From Pasteurella multocida (lineage in GTDB: Bacteria; Pseudomonadota; Gammaproteobacteria; Enterobacterales; Pasteurellaceae), in the NCBI RefSeq assembly GCF_900187275.1, contig NZ_LT906458.1:690001-722000 (forward strand): a DNA stretch of 32,000 nucleotides. The letters run 5' to 3'. This document shows positions 1 through 8,694 of the stretch, one piece after another (positions within the stretch are counted from its first letter, which is position 1; each line of letters begins with the position of its first letter). Under the pieces are notes generated by a model, which ran no database searches, was not told where the DNA came from, and saw nothing but the letters and a program-made list of their open reading frames with translations. The position numbers were made by a program, and so were the translations under genes.

Positions 1-788
1 GCGAGTGCTGTTGCGGCATTAGCGAGTGGAATTTGACAACATGGCAAATTTTTCAACCGCACTTTTTGCCCACACCAATCCCAATGCTCCGCTTGTAAAC
101 GGAAATGCCAATCTTGATCACGACAAGAGATTTGGCATCCGAGTGACTTAGCATGCTCCAATAATCTTTGAGGAATATTAGGCTCTCCAATAATCGCTGG
201 TTTATGTGCACGGAAAATGCCTGCTTTCTCAAACCCGATTTGTTCGCGATCTGCCCCTAAAAAATCCACATGATCAATGTCTATACTGGTAATCACCGCC
301 ACATCACTATCAACAATATTAGTCGCGTCTAAACGTCCTCCCAATCCCACTTCTAAAATCACCACATCCAATTTCGCTTGCTTAAATAAATGCAAGGCAG
401 AAAGGGTGCTAAACTCAAAATAGGTTAACGATTCACGTTTATGTTGTTCAATAAAGGCAAAAGAAGCCGTATGCGCTTCATCTGGCAATTCTTGGTCTTG
501 AATACGTACGCGTTCATTATAGCGAAGCAAATGAGGGGAAGAATACACACCAACACGGTAGCCTGCCTTTAATAAAACGGTTTCCAATAAACGACACGTA
601 GTGCCTTTACCATTAGTACCACCCACCGTGATGACAAATGGTGCGGGCGTGAGCAAATCCAGCGCCTTGGCAACCGATTTAATTCTATCTAGCCCTAAAT
701 CAATGGCTTTAAAATGGCTGTTTTCCAAATAAGAAAGCCACTGCGCAAGAGGCGAAGTGGCTGTTAATGATACTGTAGAATTATTCAT
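1..788 (-). CDS. folC: Folylpolyglutamate synthase/dihydrofolate synthase FolC, N-terminal part (3' end lies beyond window start)
   Basis: Minus-strand frame is open from ATG at 788 to position 1. My translation [46 protein letters not shown]...[18 protein letters not shown]...SSPHLL is collinear with E. coli FolC, including the GTNGKGT P-loop. The ATG overlaps the accD stop (ATGAATAA). accD-folC order matches E. coli. Missing from the ORF track because no stop falls in the window. Confidence 0.9.
   Translation of the reverse strand, partial: MNNSTVSLTATSPLAQWLSYLENSHFKAIDLGLDRIKSVAKALDLLTPAPFVITVGGTNGKGTTCRLLETVLLKAGYRVGVYSSPHLLRYNERVRIQDQELPDEAHTASFAFIEQHKRESLTYFEFSTLSALHLFKQAKLDVVILEVGLGGRLDATNIVDSDVAVITSIDIDHVDFLGADREQIGFEKAGIFRAHKPAIIGEPNIPQRLLEHAKSLGCQISCRDQDWHFRLQAEHWDWCGQKVRLKNLPCCQIPLANAATAL
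56..64 (-). repeat. DNA uptake signal sequence core (Hin-type USS)
   Basis: Perfect ACCGCACTT (reverse complement of AAGTGCGGT) inside folC. Confidence 0.8.
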
Positions 789-1695
789 TATCGCTTTTAC
801 TTTGTTCTTCGTTTTCTACCAATTCAGGTTCCACAAAAGGCGATGGTTTATTGCTTAATTTGCTTAACACACTTGCTAACGTATGACGCATGTCAGCACG
901 CTTCACAATCATGTCAATTGCGCCTTTTTCAAGCAAAAATTCACTACGTTGGAAACCCTCAGGTAATTTTTCACGTACAGTTTGCTCAATCACACGCGGA
1001 CCAGCAAAACCTATTAACGCTTTCGGTTCTGCGATATTAATGTCACCCAGCATCGCAAAGCTCGCAGAAACACCACCTAACGTTGGATCGGTTAATACGG
1101 AAATAAATGGCACACCTTGTTCACGCATTTTGGCTAAGACAGCACTGGTTTTTGCCATTTGCATTAAAGAGAATAAGGCTTCTTGCATACGTGCGCCACC
1201 ACTGGCAGAGAAACACACAAAAGGACAGTTCTCAGCAATCGCTTTTTCTGCTGCTTGCACAAATTTTGCGCCCACAACTGAGCCCATTGAGCCACCCATA
1301 AAGCTAAAGTTAGAGGCAGCGGCGACAATTGGCATACCGTATAAAGTGCCAAACATTGAAATTAATGCGTCTTTTTCACCCGTTTCTTTTTGTGCTGCGG
1401 AAATCCGATCTTTATATTTTTTTAAGTCTTTAAATTTTAAGATATCTTTTGGTTCAAGTTCCGCAGATAATTCTTGGCTACTGTCTTTATCTAAAAGTGC
1501 CAAAAGACGTTCTCTCGCATCAATACGCATATGATGTCCACATTTTGGACAAACTTCTAAATGACGTCTTAACTCATCACGATACAACACTTGCTCACAA
1601 GAAGTACATTTAGTCCAAACGCCCTCAGGAACGTTCGCTTTACGCGAGCTTGTGGAAGAAGTATCTTTATTAAAAATTCGATCAATCCAACTCAT
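781..1695 (-). CDS. accD: Acetyl-CoA carboxylase carboxyltransferase beta subunit
   Basis: 304 aa. N-terminal Zn ribbon CTSC-x15-CPKC followed by the carboxyltransferase core ([17 protein letters not shown]). Collinear with E. coli AccD. Confidence 0.97.
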   Translation of the reverse strand: MSWIDRIFNKDTSSTSSRKANVPEGVWTKCTSCEQVLYRDELRRHLEVCPKCGHHMRIDARERLLALLDKDSSQELSAELEPKDILKFKDLKKYKDRISAAQKETGEKDALISMFGTLYGMPIVAAASNFSFMGGSMGSVVGAKFVQAAEKAIAENCPFVCFSASGGARMQEALFSLMQMAKTSAVLAKMREQGVPFISVLTDPTLGGVSASFAMLGDINIAEPKALIGFAGPRVIEQTVREKLPEGFQRSEFLLEKGAIDMIVKRADMRHTLASVLSKLSNKPSPFVEPELVENEEQSKSDNE

Positions 1696-1778
1696 GTTAA
1701 CCCTTTTTATTAACGAGAAAATTCGATGTATTACACCATAATTTAAGGCAATATGCTAGCAATAAAGGTCTGATGTGA

Positions 1779-2573
1779 CTAGCCTAATTCATTTTCTAAA
1801 AACAAAGGCCCTAACGCATTTTGAGGTAACTGAAATTGCGTAGGATAACTCACATTAACCAAATAAAGCCCTTCCGGTTTTGCGGTGGGTGCCGCTAATC
1901 TGCGATCTTTTTGCGCCAGCAACCACCCTATCCATTCTACAGGTTGATGACCCGCGCCGACTTCAATCAGACTGCCCACAATATTGCGCACCATGTGATG
2001 AACAAATGCATTGGCTTGGATATCCACAATAATATATTGCCCACGTCGCACCACTTTTAAATGATGAACATTGCGAAATGGTGTATGTGATTGACATTGT
2101 GCTGCACGAAAAGAAGAAAAGTCTTGTTCACCTAATAACGCTTGTCCCGCTTGATGCATCAAGTGGTGATCTAAGTCTAAATGACAATGTGTGACACCTT
2201 CAGGCAAAATTGCCGAGCGCAATTTATTACAATACAAAATATAGCGATAACGGCGTGCAGTAGCACTAAACCGGGCATGAAAATCATCAGTAACACATTT
2301 TGCCCAGCTCACTGAAATATCATCAGGCAAATTCGCATTCACACCAAAACTCCATGCTTTTTCTGCCCGAATGGCATCGGTTTCAAAATGCACAACTTGC
2401 CCTGTGGCATGCACCCCTGAATCCGTTCGCCCTGCACAAAAAATCTGACAGGGTTGGTTAGCGACAAAAGAAATCGCTTTTTCTAACTGCTCTTGTACAC
2501 TCGCCACATTTTCCTGACGCTGCCAACCACAATAATTTTTTCCGTTATATTGAATGCCTAATGCAATTTTCAT
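1779..2573 (-). CDS. truA: tRNA pseudouridine(38-40) synthase TruA
   Basis: 264 aa. [10 protein letters not shown]...GWQRQ...[10 protein letters not shown] (catalytic Asp motif)...[14 protein letters not shown]. Collinear with E. coli TruA. Confidence 0.97.
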   Translation of the reverse strand: MKIALGIQYNGKNYCGWQRQENVASVQEQLEKAISFVANQPCQIFCAGRTDSGVHATGQVVHFETDAIRAEKAWSFGVNANLPDDISVSWAKCVTDDFHARFSATARRYRYILYCNKLRSAILPEGVTHCHLDLDHHLMHQAGQALLGEQDFSSFRAAQCQSHTPFRNVHHLKVVRRGQYIIVDIQANAFVHHMVRNIVGSLIEVGAGHQPVEWIGWLLAQKDRRLAAPTAKPEGLYLVNVSYPTQFQLPQNALGPLFLENELG

Positions 2574-2690
2574 GGTTTATATATCTTTTTAAATAGGATG
2601 CTGTAAAACACCCTATTATAGAGGAGATTTACGCTAGCGATAAGCAGAAAAATCAGGCACAATTTGAGTCAGGTCGTTTAAAATCAACAA

Positions 2691-2699
2691 AAGTGCGGT
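2691..2699 (+). repeat. DNA uptake signal sequence core (Hin-type USS)
   Basis: Perfect AAGTGCGGT followed by an AT-rich tract, in the truA/patatin divergent intergenic region. Confidence 0.8.
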
Positions 2700-2730
2700 C
2701 AATTTTCCTCACTTTTTTCAAGGATACAAA

Positions 2731-3573
2731 ATGAAAGTCGGTTTAGTATTAGAAGGTGGTGGCATGCGTGCCATGTTCACTGCTGGTGTGTTAGATGTGT
2801 TTCTAACTGAAAATGTGCAGGTTGATGGGATTGTTGCCGTATCCGCGGGCGTCTTATTTGGGGTAAATTATCCTGCAAAGCAATATGGACGGGCTCTGCG
2901 CTACAATAAAAAATATCTCAATGATAAACGCTACATGGGCTGGCATAGCTTGCTCACAACCGGCAATATTGTTAATAAAGATTTTGCTTTTTATGAATTA
3001 CCTTTCACCTTAGATCCTTTTGATGCCGAAACATTTCGCCAATTGAAAATTGATTTTTATGCCACTTTAACCAATGTGCAAACAGGCGAAGCGGAATATG
3101 TCAAATTAGACGATGTGTTTAATGAAATGGAAGTACTGCGCGCTACATCAGCGATGCCTTTTGTTTCCAAAATGGTAGAGATCAATGGACAATACTATCT
3201 TGATGGTGGCATTGCCGATAGTATCCCACTCAAAAAATGTCAAGCATTAGGCTATGACAAAATTATTGTGGTGTTAACTCGCCCATTAGAATACCGTAAA
3301 AAAACCACACCTTCTTGGATCTTTAACCTCTTTTATCGTGACTATCCTCACTTAGTGGAAAAACTGAAAACACGTTACCAAAATTACAATGATACCGTAG
3401 AGGAAATTATTCGGCTTAATAACAACAAAGACATTTTTGTTATTCGTCCTTCTCATCACTTACCTATCAGCCGTATTGAAAAAGATGTTGAGAAAGTGCA
3501 AGCGATGTATGATCTGGGGGTTACCGATGCTAAACGTGAAATGGCGGCACTTAAAGCATTTTTAAGCCGTTAA
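2731..3573 (+). CDS. Patatin-like phospholipase family protein (YjjU-like)
   Basis: 280 aa. Oxyanion motif GGGMRAMF, nucleophile elbow AVSAG (A replaces the first G of GxSxG), catalytic Asp motif DGGIAD. SD AAGGA upstream of the ATG. Confidence 0.85.
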   Translation: MKVGLVLEGGGMRAMFTAGVLDVFLTENVQVDGIVAVSAGVLFGVNYPAKQYGRALRYNKKYLNDKRYMGWHSLLTTGNIVNKDFAFYELPFTLDPFDAETFRQLKIDFYATLTNVQTGEAEYVKLDDVFNEMEVLRATSAMPFVSKMVEINGQYYLDGGIADSIPLKKCQALGYDKIIVVLTRPLEYRKKTTPSWIFNLFYRDYPHLVEKLKTRYQNYNDTVEEIIRLNNNKDIFVIRPSHHLPISRIEKDVEKVQAMYDLGVTDAKREMAALKAFLSR

Positions 3574-3597
3574 GATGGAAAAAACATAAAAAAGAAA

Positions 3598-3623
3598 AGC
3601 CCAATAAGCGAACTTATTGGGCT
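3598..3623. terminator. Bidirectional intrinsic terminator between the patatin gene and rplY
   Basis: Perfect stem AGCCCAATAAG / CTTATTGGGCT with a 4-nt loop, flanked by an A-run upstream and TTTT downstream. Sits between convergent genes. Confidence 0.75.
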
Positions 3624-3641
3624 TTTGCATCATGCGATTAA

Positions 3642-3926
3642 TTAAACACGTTTGAAATCGATGTGAACTAATTTTGGTTTGAATGGGTGACGTTGCATCG
3701 CTTGTGCTTTCACTGCAACTTCTTTCCCTTCAATCACTAATGTAATAACATCAGTGTAGAATGCATCATGAACTTGTGCGTTATTTAAATCATCGTGGTT
3801 TAAGACGATTGAAACAGGCGCTTCGCTACCACCGTAAACGATTGCAGGAATTTGACCATTATGACGCAGGCGGCGGCTCGCACCCTTACCTTGCGATTGA
3901 CGAACTTCAGCATTAAATTTAAACAT
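3642..3926 (-). CDS. rplY: 50S ribosomal protein L25
   Basis: 94 aa, short gamma-proteobacterial form. [21 protein letters not shown]...PAIVYGG...[19 protein letters not shown] is collinear with E. coli L25. Confidence 0.97.
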   Translation of the reverse strand: MFKFNAEVRQSQGKGASRRLRHNGQIPAIVYGGSEAPVSIVLNHDDLNNAQVHDAFYTDVITLVIEGKEVAVKAQAMQRHPFKPKLVHIDFKRV

Positions 3927-3948
3927 TTTTCGCTATCTCATAGTTAAT

Positions 3949-3985
3949 AGTAAAAGACAAAAATCGCAGGCGACCCAGCGATTTT
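3949..3985 (-). promoter_or_regulatory. Hairpin plus U-rich tract in the rplY 5' leader (possible attenuator or autoregulatory element)
   Basis: On the minus strand, AAAATCGC-(10 nt)-GCGATTTT is followed by TGTCTTTT. The hairpin ends 34 nt upstream of the rplY ATG and lies downstream of the predicted promoter. Confidence 0.35.
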
Positions 3986-4024
3986 CCATAAATCAGCTCA
4001 AAGCAAGCTACTTCGAGGCGCTAG

Positions 4025-4053
4025 ATTATATTTGATTTGCCCCAACAAATCAA
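4025..4053 (-). promoter_or_regulatory. Putative sigma-70 promoter of rplY
   Basis: On the minus strand: -35 TTGATT (4053-4048), 17-bp spacer, perfect -10 TATAAT (4030-4025). Predicts a leader of about 90 nt. Confidence 0.5.
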
Positions 4054-4143
4054 ACAGAAAATACCACTGACTTTTTTCGCGACTTTATGCAAAAAACGCG
4101 CTAGAATAGCAGACCGTTTTTTATTGTAAATTGAGTGCTTGTA

Positions 4144-4758
4144 ATGGATATCCTAATTTCATTTTTCTCTGATTATGGTTATTTTGCCGTCTTATTTGTA
4201 CTGATTCTTTGTGGATTCGGTTTGCCGATTCCAGAAGATATTACTTTAGTGTCTGGTGGCGTGATTGCGGGTTTATACCCAAACGATGTCAATGTCCATG
4301 TCATGCTAGGGGTGAGTATGTTTGGCGTATTGGCGGGTGACTCCTGTATGTATTGGCTAGGACGTTTTTATGGCGCCAAAATTTTACGCTTTCGTTTCAT
4401 GCGTAAATTAATCACCGTCAAACGTTTAAGGCTCGTCAGAGAGAAGTTTGAAAAATATGGTAACCGTGTATTGTTTACAGCACGTTTCTTACCCGGTCTT
4501 AGAGCGGTGATTTATATGGTATCGGGAATTACTCGCCGTGTCAGTTATACGCGCTTTTTACTGATTGATTTCTTTGCCGCCATTATTTCTGTTCCCATTT
4601 GGGTTTATTTGGGCTTTTTCGGTGCGCAAAATTTAGATTGGTTACATGAACAAATCCACAAAGGTCAACTTGTGATTTATATTTTAATTTTTGCCTTGGC
4701 GATTTTCCTATTATGGAAATGGAAAAAGAATAAAAAAGCCAAAATGAATATGGAATAA
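4144..4758 (+). CDS. DedA/SNARE-associated family inner-membrane protein
   Basis: Multi-TM protein with DedA-family motifs (GLPIPEDITLV, ARFLPGLRAV). ATG at 4144 (MDILISFF) preferred over the GTG at 4135 given in the ORF track. Confidence 0.85.
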   Translation: MDILISFFSDYGYFAVLFVLILCGFGLPIPEDITLVSGGVIAGLYPNDVNVHVMLGVSMFGVLAGDSCMYWLGRFYGAKILRFRFMRKLITVKRLRLVREKFEKYGNRVLFTARFLPGLRAVIYMVSGITRRVSYTRFLLIDFFAAIISVPIWVYLGFFGAQNLDWLHEQIHKGQLVIYILIFALAIFLLWKWKKNKKAKMNME

Positions 4759-4773
4759 GTTCATTTTCCGATC

Positions 4774-4810
4774 AAAAAAAGCGTTTTGTGAAAGATAAAA
4801 CGCTTTTTTT
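4774..4810. terminator. Bidirectional intrinsic terminator between dedA-family gene and bioD paralog
   Basis: AAAAAAAGCGTTTT-(9 nt)-AAAACGCTTTTTTT. Symmetric A/T runs sit between convergent genes. Confidence 0.8.
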
Positions 4811-4825
4811 GCCTTGAATGTTGCA

Positions 4826-5560
4826 CTAATCTGCTAAAACAGTTTCCATATAGGTTAAGCGATCGAGATTATGAATATAACGTGCTAAGTCTTGTTCTTC
4901 CGGCTTATGTAAATACGGAATTTGCCCCAATAAAGGAGCATCAATTTTTTCACTGAGCAAATCAATAATCTCGGCATAATGTCCTAAACAGGGATTAATT
5001 CGATTAGCAATCCAACCTAATAATGGCAAACCTTTCTGTTGTATAGATTCGACTGTTAATAACGCATGGTTAAGACACCCCTCTTTAATTCCCACGACCA
5101 ATACAACAGGCATTTGATGTGATTTTGCCCAATCTGCAAAGCAATACGTTTTATTAATGGGCGTTAGCCAACCATAGCTGCCTTCGACTAAAACAGATTG
5201 ATACTTTTGATTTAAACGAGCTAAATCCGCATCCATTTTTTCAATGCGAATATGTTTACCTTGAACAGAAAAAACGGGAAGGCTGTGGCGAAAGGTATAA
5301 CTATTGATTTCCTGATAACTTACTTTTTCGTGAGTTGATTTCATCAGTGTTAGCACATCACTATTATCTTGTGAATCGTAATCACTTTCTGCGGCTTGTT
5401 GATTTTCCATATCGGTATAAACACATTCTTCTCGACTAAAGGCAACTGGTTTATAGCCCACAATTTGGATACCTTGATTTTGTAAAGCTTGTATAATGGC
5501 TCGACTTGCGACTGTTTTACCTACATTAGTATCCGTGCCTGTCAGAAAAAAACTGCTCAT
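4826..5560 (-). CDS. bioD: Dethiobiotin synthetase paralog (BioD2/YnfK-like)
   Basis: 244 aa. P-loop GTDTNVGKT, GYKPV, and C-terminal GWIANRINPCLGHYAEIIDLL very close to E. coli YnfK as I recall it. Stand-alone, not in a bio operon. SD AAGGGGA. Confidence 0.85.
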   Translation of the reverse strand: MSSFFLTGTDTNVGKTVASRAIIQALQNQGIQIVGYKPVAFSREECVYTDMENQQAAESDYDSQDNSDVLTLMKSTHEKVSYQEINSYTFRHSLPVFSVQGKHIRIEKMDADLARLNQKYQSVLVEGSYGWLTPINKTYCFADWAKSHQMPVVLVVGIKEGCLNHALLTVESIQQKGLPLLGWIANRINPCLGHYAEIIDLLSEKIDAPLLGQIPYLHKPEEQDLARYIHNLDRLTYMETVLAD

Positions 5561-5670
5561 GGTTTATCCCCTTGTTATTTCTTAATGCAAGATCTTAAAG
5601 CAATCACGCAAAAAAAATGTTGAGATAACACAACTTTTTCTCAGAAATTATTCCCTTTTAGCACAAGAGG

Positions 5671-5713
5671 AAAAATAAAAAAGCACTGTTTGATATAAAT
5701 CAAAAACAGTGCT
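5671..5713 (-). terminator. Intrinsic terminator downstream of the ROK regulator gene
   Basis: 10-bp stem AGCACTGTTT / AAACAGTGCT, followed on the minus strand by TTTTTATTTTT. Confidence 0.7.
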
Positions 5714-5724
5714 GAATAAAAAAC

Positions 5725-6936
5725 TTAGTGCTTAATAAAATGCCCAAGCAAGCTACCGTCATAGATACCTTGTTTAATCGCCGCCGCTGCAACTACTAGT
5801 GTATTCCATTCATAGCGTCCGGTAATCACTTCAACATGAGGGTAATCTGCGCCTAAATTTGTTTTGAGCGTTTGATTCACACGAGGAAGAAAAACTTCTT
5901 TTGCACTTAAAAAACTCGAACTTAACATGATTTTCTCAGAATCAAAAATATTGACAAGATTCATTAAAATATATGCCAGACTATCTGCAACATAATGCAG
6001 AATTTGTTGAGCTTGTGGATTCTGCGCATTCGCTTTCTGACATAAAAATTCAATTTCACTTTGTGCTAAGGTCGCTTCTGGGAAATAATGCGTAATTAAA
6101 GGGTAAATGGCTTTATGGGTAACTTGATGTTGGAGTTGATAACGTTCAAGATCCGCTAAATGTGGGCTAATCAGGTCTTGTAAAGGGCTTATCTTCGGTA
6201 CAATCATTTTATTGATATGACTTCTGACTTGATGCTGATGAGTTAAGAGCTCGCCTTTAGACAATACACTAAAATTAATCACATCATCCAACTGTAGGAA
6301 TAACACATTATCGCAATTAATCACACTTCCTAATGTTGACTCTGCCATTAACCAAGTTTGGAAATATTCCGTCACTAATACAGGCACTTTAAAATACGGT
6401 TTAAATAGGCTTTCTAAATCAAGATCAAGGTTGACATCGCCTAACTTTATCAATCGATTTTTACTATCAAGCTCGCCACCAACCGCAATGGAAAAAGTAA
6501 TTAAATGATTTAGTTCATGTTGGGTTTCAAAAAGAAATTGTTGTAAATATTGGACTAATACCTGATCTAAGTGCACTAAATCGGAGGTGGTTAAAGGATA
6601 GCTTTTACTTTTTATTTCACCGCCATCTAATTCACTTAGAATCAGTTCAAAACGGTTTTCAACCAAGGTAGCACATAAAGATTGCCAATAAAAAGGTGAA
6701 ACACATAATCCAATGGCAGGACGCCCACGACTTTCTGTATTTTGAACGGCACGCTCGACAATCAATTTTTCTTTGATTAATTCGCGTGTCAATGCCGTAA
6801 TGGTCGCTGGTGCTAAACGTGAAAGTTTTGATAAATCTATACGAGAAATTTCTTCAAATTGTTCAACTAAACGATAAATTTTACCAAGCTGTGTCAAGCG
6901 TAATGGTAATTTATCCTCTTTTCTAATTTTTGGCAT
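5725..6936 (-). CDS. ROK-family (Mlc/NagC-like) transcriptional regulator, divergent from the canonical family
   Basis: N-terminal winged HTH (ISRIDLSKLSRLAPATITALTRELIKEKLI) and C-terminal end (AAAIKQGIYDGSLL) are collinear with E. coli Mlc. Sits next to the ynfK-like gene, as mlc does in E. coli. Start uncertain: ATG at 6936 (MPKIRKE) or TTG at 6951 as in the ORF track; neither has a clear SD. Confidence 0.75.
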   Translation of the reverse strand: MPKIRKEDKLPLRLTQLGKIYRLVEQFEEISRIDLSKLSRLAPATITALTRELIKEKLIVERAVQNTESRGRPAIGLCVSPFYWQSLCATLVENRFELILSELDGGEIKSKSYPLTTSDLVHLDQVLVQYLQQFLFETQHELNHLITFSIAVGGELDSKNRLIKLGDVNLDLDLESLFKPYFKVPVLVTEYFQTWLMAESTLGSVINCDNVLFLQLDDVINFSVLSKGELLTHQHQVRSHINKMIVPKISPLQDLISPHLADLERYQLQHQVTHKAIYPLITHYFPEATLAQSEIEFLCQKANAQNPQAQQILHYVADSLAYILMNLVNIFDSEKIMLSSSFLSAKEVFLPRVNQTLKTNLGADYPHVEVITGRYEWNTLVVAAAAIKQGIYDGSLLGHFIKH

Positions 6937-7152
6937 AACTGTAATACTCAATATATCAATGATGTAACATCACGTTGTTATTTCAAACAATTCACAACGC
7001 CTACTCTTTCGTTCGTATTGCGTATTAACGCAGCATATTCTACTCACATAGAAAATGGTCGATTTGTACTTATAACCAGTTACATTAATAAAAACAAGCA
7101 CTTTAATTCAATTATGGGATCTATTTCACAAAAACAAAAAATTTAATAGATT

Positions 7153-7181
7153 TTGTGAATTCGACTAAGTTGAGGTAAACT
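7153..7181 (+). promoter_or_regulatory. Putative asnS promoter
   Basis: -35 TTGTGA (7153-7158), 17-bp spacer, -10 TAAACT (7176-7181), about 50 nt upstream of the asnS ATG. Based on hexamer matches only. Confidence 0.3.
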
Positions 7182-7230
7182 ATGTCGGTTTATTTCTTCA
7201 CAAAAAATTTGTTGAAAATTGAGGTTTTAT

Positions 7231-8634
7231 ATGACTAAAGTCGCATCTATTGTAGATGTTTTACAAGGCAAAATTGCCATTGGTGAAACCGTCACTGTCC
7301 GTGGCTGGATTCGTACTCGCCGTGACTCAAAAGCAGGTCTTTCTTTTTTGGCCATTTATGATGGTTCTTGCTTTGATCCTATCCAAGCAATTGTCAATAA
7401 TGATATTGAAAATTACGAAACAGAAGTGTTGCGTTTAACAACCGGCTGTTCTGTTATTGTAACAGGTACTGTTGTAGAATCCCCTGCTGAAGGTCAAGCT
7501 GTTGAATTACAAGCAGAAAAAGTCGAGGTTGCAGGTTGGGTTGAGGACCCAGAAACATATCCAATGGCGGCAAAACGTCACTCAATTGAATATTTACGTG
7601 AAGTGGCTCATTTACGCCCTCGTACCAATATTATTGGCGCAGTCGCACGTGTTCGTCACTGCTTAGCACAAGCCATCCACCGTTTTTTCCATGAACAAGG
7701 TTTCTATTGGGTAGCGACGCCATTAATTACCGCATCAGATACCGAAGGGGCAGGCGAAATGTTCCGTGTGTCCACTCTCGACTTAGAAAATCTGCCACGT
7801 GATGACAAAGGTGCGGTCGATTTTTCACAAGATTTCTTTGGAAAAGAATCTTTCTTAACGGTATCCGGGCAATTAAATGGTGAAACCTATGCCTGTGCTT
7901 TAAGTAAAATTTACACTTTCGGTCCAACATTCCGTGCAGAAAACTCCAATACAACACGCCACTTAGCTGAATTCTGGATGGTTGAACCAGAAATTGCCTT
8001 TGCGACTCTGGCCGATAACGCGAAATTAGCCGAGGATATGTTAAAGTATGTATTCCGTGCAGTACTTGAAGAACGCAAAGATGACTTAAAATTCTTTGAA
8101 AAACATGTCGATAACGACGTTATTAGCCGTTTAGAAAATTTCATCAATTCAGATTTCGCGCAAATTGACTATACTGATGCAATTGAGGTGTTATTACAAT
8201 CAGGTAAGAAATTTGAATTCCCAGTTTCTTGGGGGATCGACTTATCCTCTGAACATGAACGTTATTTAGCGGAAGAACACTTTAAATCGCCAGTTGTGGT
8301 TAAAAACTATCCGAAAGACATCAAGGCTTTCTATATGCGCTTAAATGATGACGGAAAAACCGTCGCAGCAATGGATGTGTTAGCACCGGGTATTGGTGAA
8401 ATTATCGGCGGTTCACAACGTGAAGAACGTTTAGACGTGCTGGATAAACGAATGATCGAAATGGGACTCAACCCAGAAGATTACTGGTGGTATCGCGATT
8501 TACGCCGTTATGGCACCGTACCACACGCTGGTTTTGGTTTAGGTTTTGAACGTTTAATCGTGTATGTTACTGGCGTACAAAATATTCGTGATGTGATCCC
8601 ATTCCCACGTTCACCGCGTAATGCAAACTTCTAA
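7231..8634 (+). CDS. asnS: Asparagine--tRNA ligase
   Basis: Nearly collinear with E. coli AsnS ([18 protein letters not shown]..., class II motifs [26 protein letters not shown]). ATG at 7231 with GAGG 7 nt upstream, preferred over the TTG at 7219. Confidence 0.97.
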   Translation: MTKVASIVDVLQGKIAIGETVTVRGWIRTRRDSKAGLSFLAIYDGSCFDPIQAIVNNDIENYETEVLRLTTGCSVIVTGTVVESPAEGQAVELQAEKVEVAGWVEDPETYPMAAKRHSIEYLREVAHLRPRTNIIGAVARVRHCLAQAIHRFFHEQGFYWVATPLITASDTEGAGEMFRVSTLDLENLPRDDKGAVDFSQDFFGKESFLTVSGQLNGETYACALSKIYTFGPTFRAENSNTTRHLAEFWMVEPEIAFATLADNAKLAEDMLKYVFRAVLEERKDDLKFFEKHVDNDVISRLENFINSDFAQIDYTDAIEVLLQSGKKFEFPVSWGIDLSSEHERYLAEEHFKSPVVVKNYPKDIKAFYMRLNDDGKTVAAMDVLAPGIGEIIGGSQREERLDVLDKRMIEMGLNPEDYWWYRDLRRYGTVPHAGFGLGFERLIVYVTGVQNIRDVIPFPRSPRNANF

Positions 8635-8640
8635 ACAAAC

Positions 8641-8668
8641 TTAACACTGCTGATTCCCCTTATATTAT
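8641..8668 (+). promoter_or_regulatory. Putative pbpC promoter overlapping the asnS terminator
   Basis: -35 TTAACA (8641-8646), 16-bp spacer, -10 TATTAT (8663-8668). The -10 lies in the loop of the asnS terminator hairpin. No other space for a promoter exists before the pbpC ATG at 8695. Confidence 0.3.
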
Positions 8669-8684
8669 TAAGGGGAATTTTTTA
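8653..8684 (+). terminator. Intrinsic terminator of asnS
   Basis: ATTCCCCTTA-(6 nt)-TAAGGGGAAT followed by TTTTTT, 19 nt after the asnS stop. Confidence 0.8.
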
Positions 8685-8694
8685 GGTCACCTGA

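Noticed and set aside
890-1534. 214-aa ORF on the plus strand, fully antisense to accD (with smaller ones at 843-1040, 1107-1301 and 1164-1352)
   Set aside because: It lies entirely inside a highly conserved accD coding frame. It has no SD, and the translation is low-complexity (Ser/Ala/Ile/Phe/Asn-rich) with no family resemblance. In this antisense phase, stops arise only opposite Tyr or His/Gln codons preceded by particular wobble bases, so a long open frame is a compositional by-product.
7123-7210. Three TTCACAAAA/TTTTGTGAA elements in the mlc-asnS intergenic region as CRP or Mlc operators
   Set aside because: The half-sites are in TCACA...TGTGA order with about 22-bp spacing, which does not fit a CRP dimer. 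There is no resemblance to the Mlc/NagC palindrome as I recall it. One copy simply overlaps the candidate asnS -35.
7809-7817. One-mismatch USS-like cores (AGGTGCGGT at 7809-7817; CAGTGCGGT at 14489-14497; ACCGCACAG at 27069-27077)
   Set aside because: They are not perfect 9-mers. They are excluded from the USS count to keep it conservative, though they may be decayed or weak USS.
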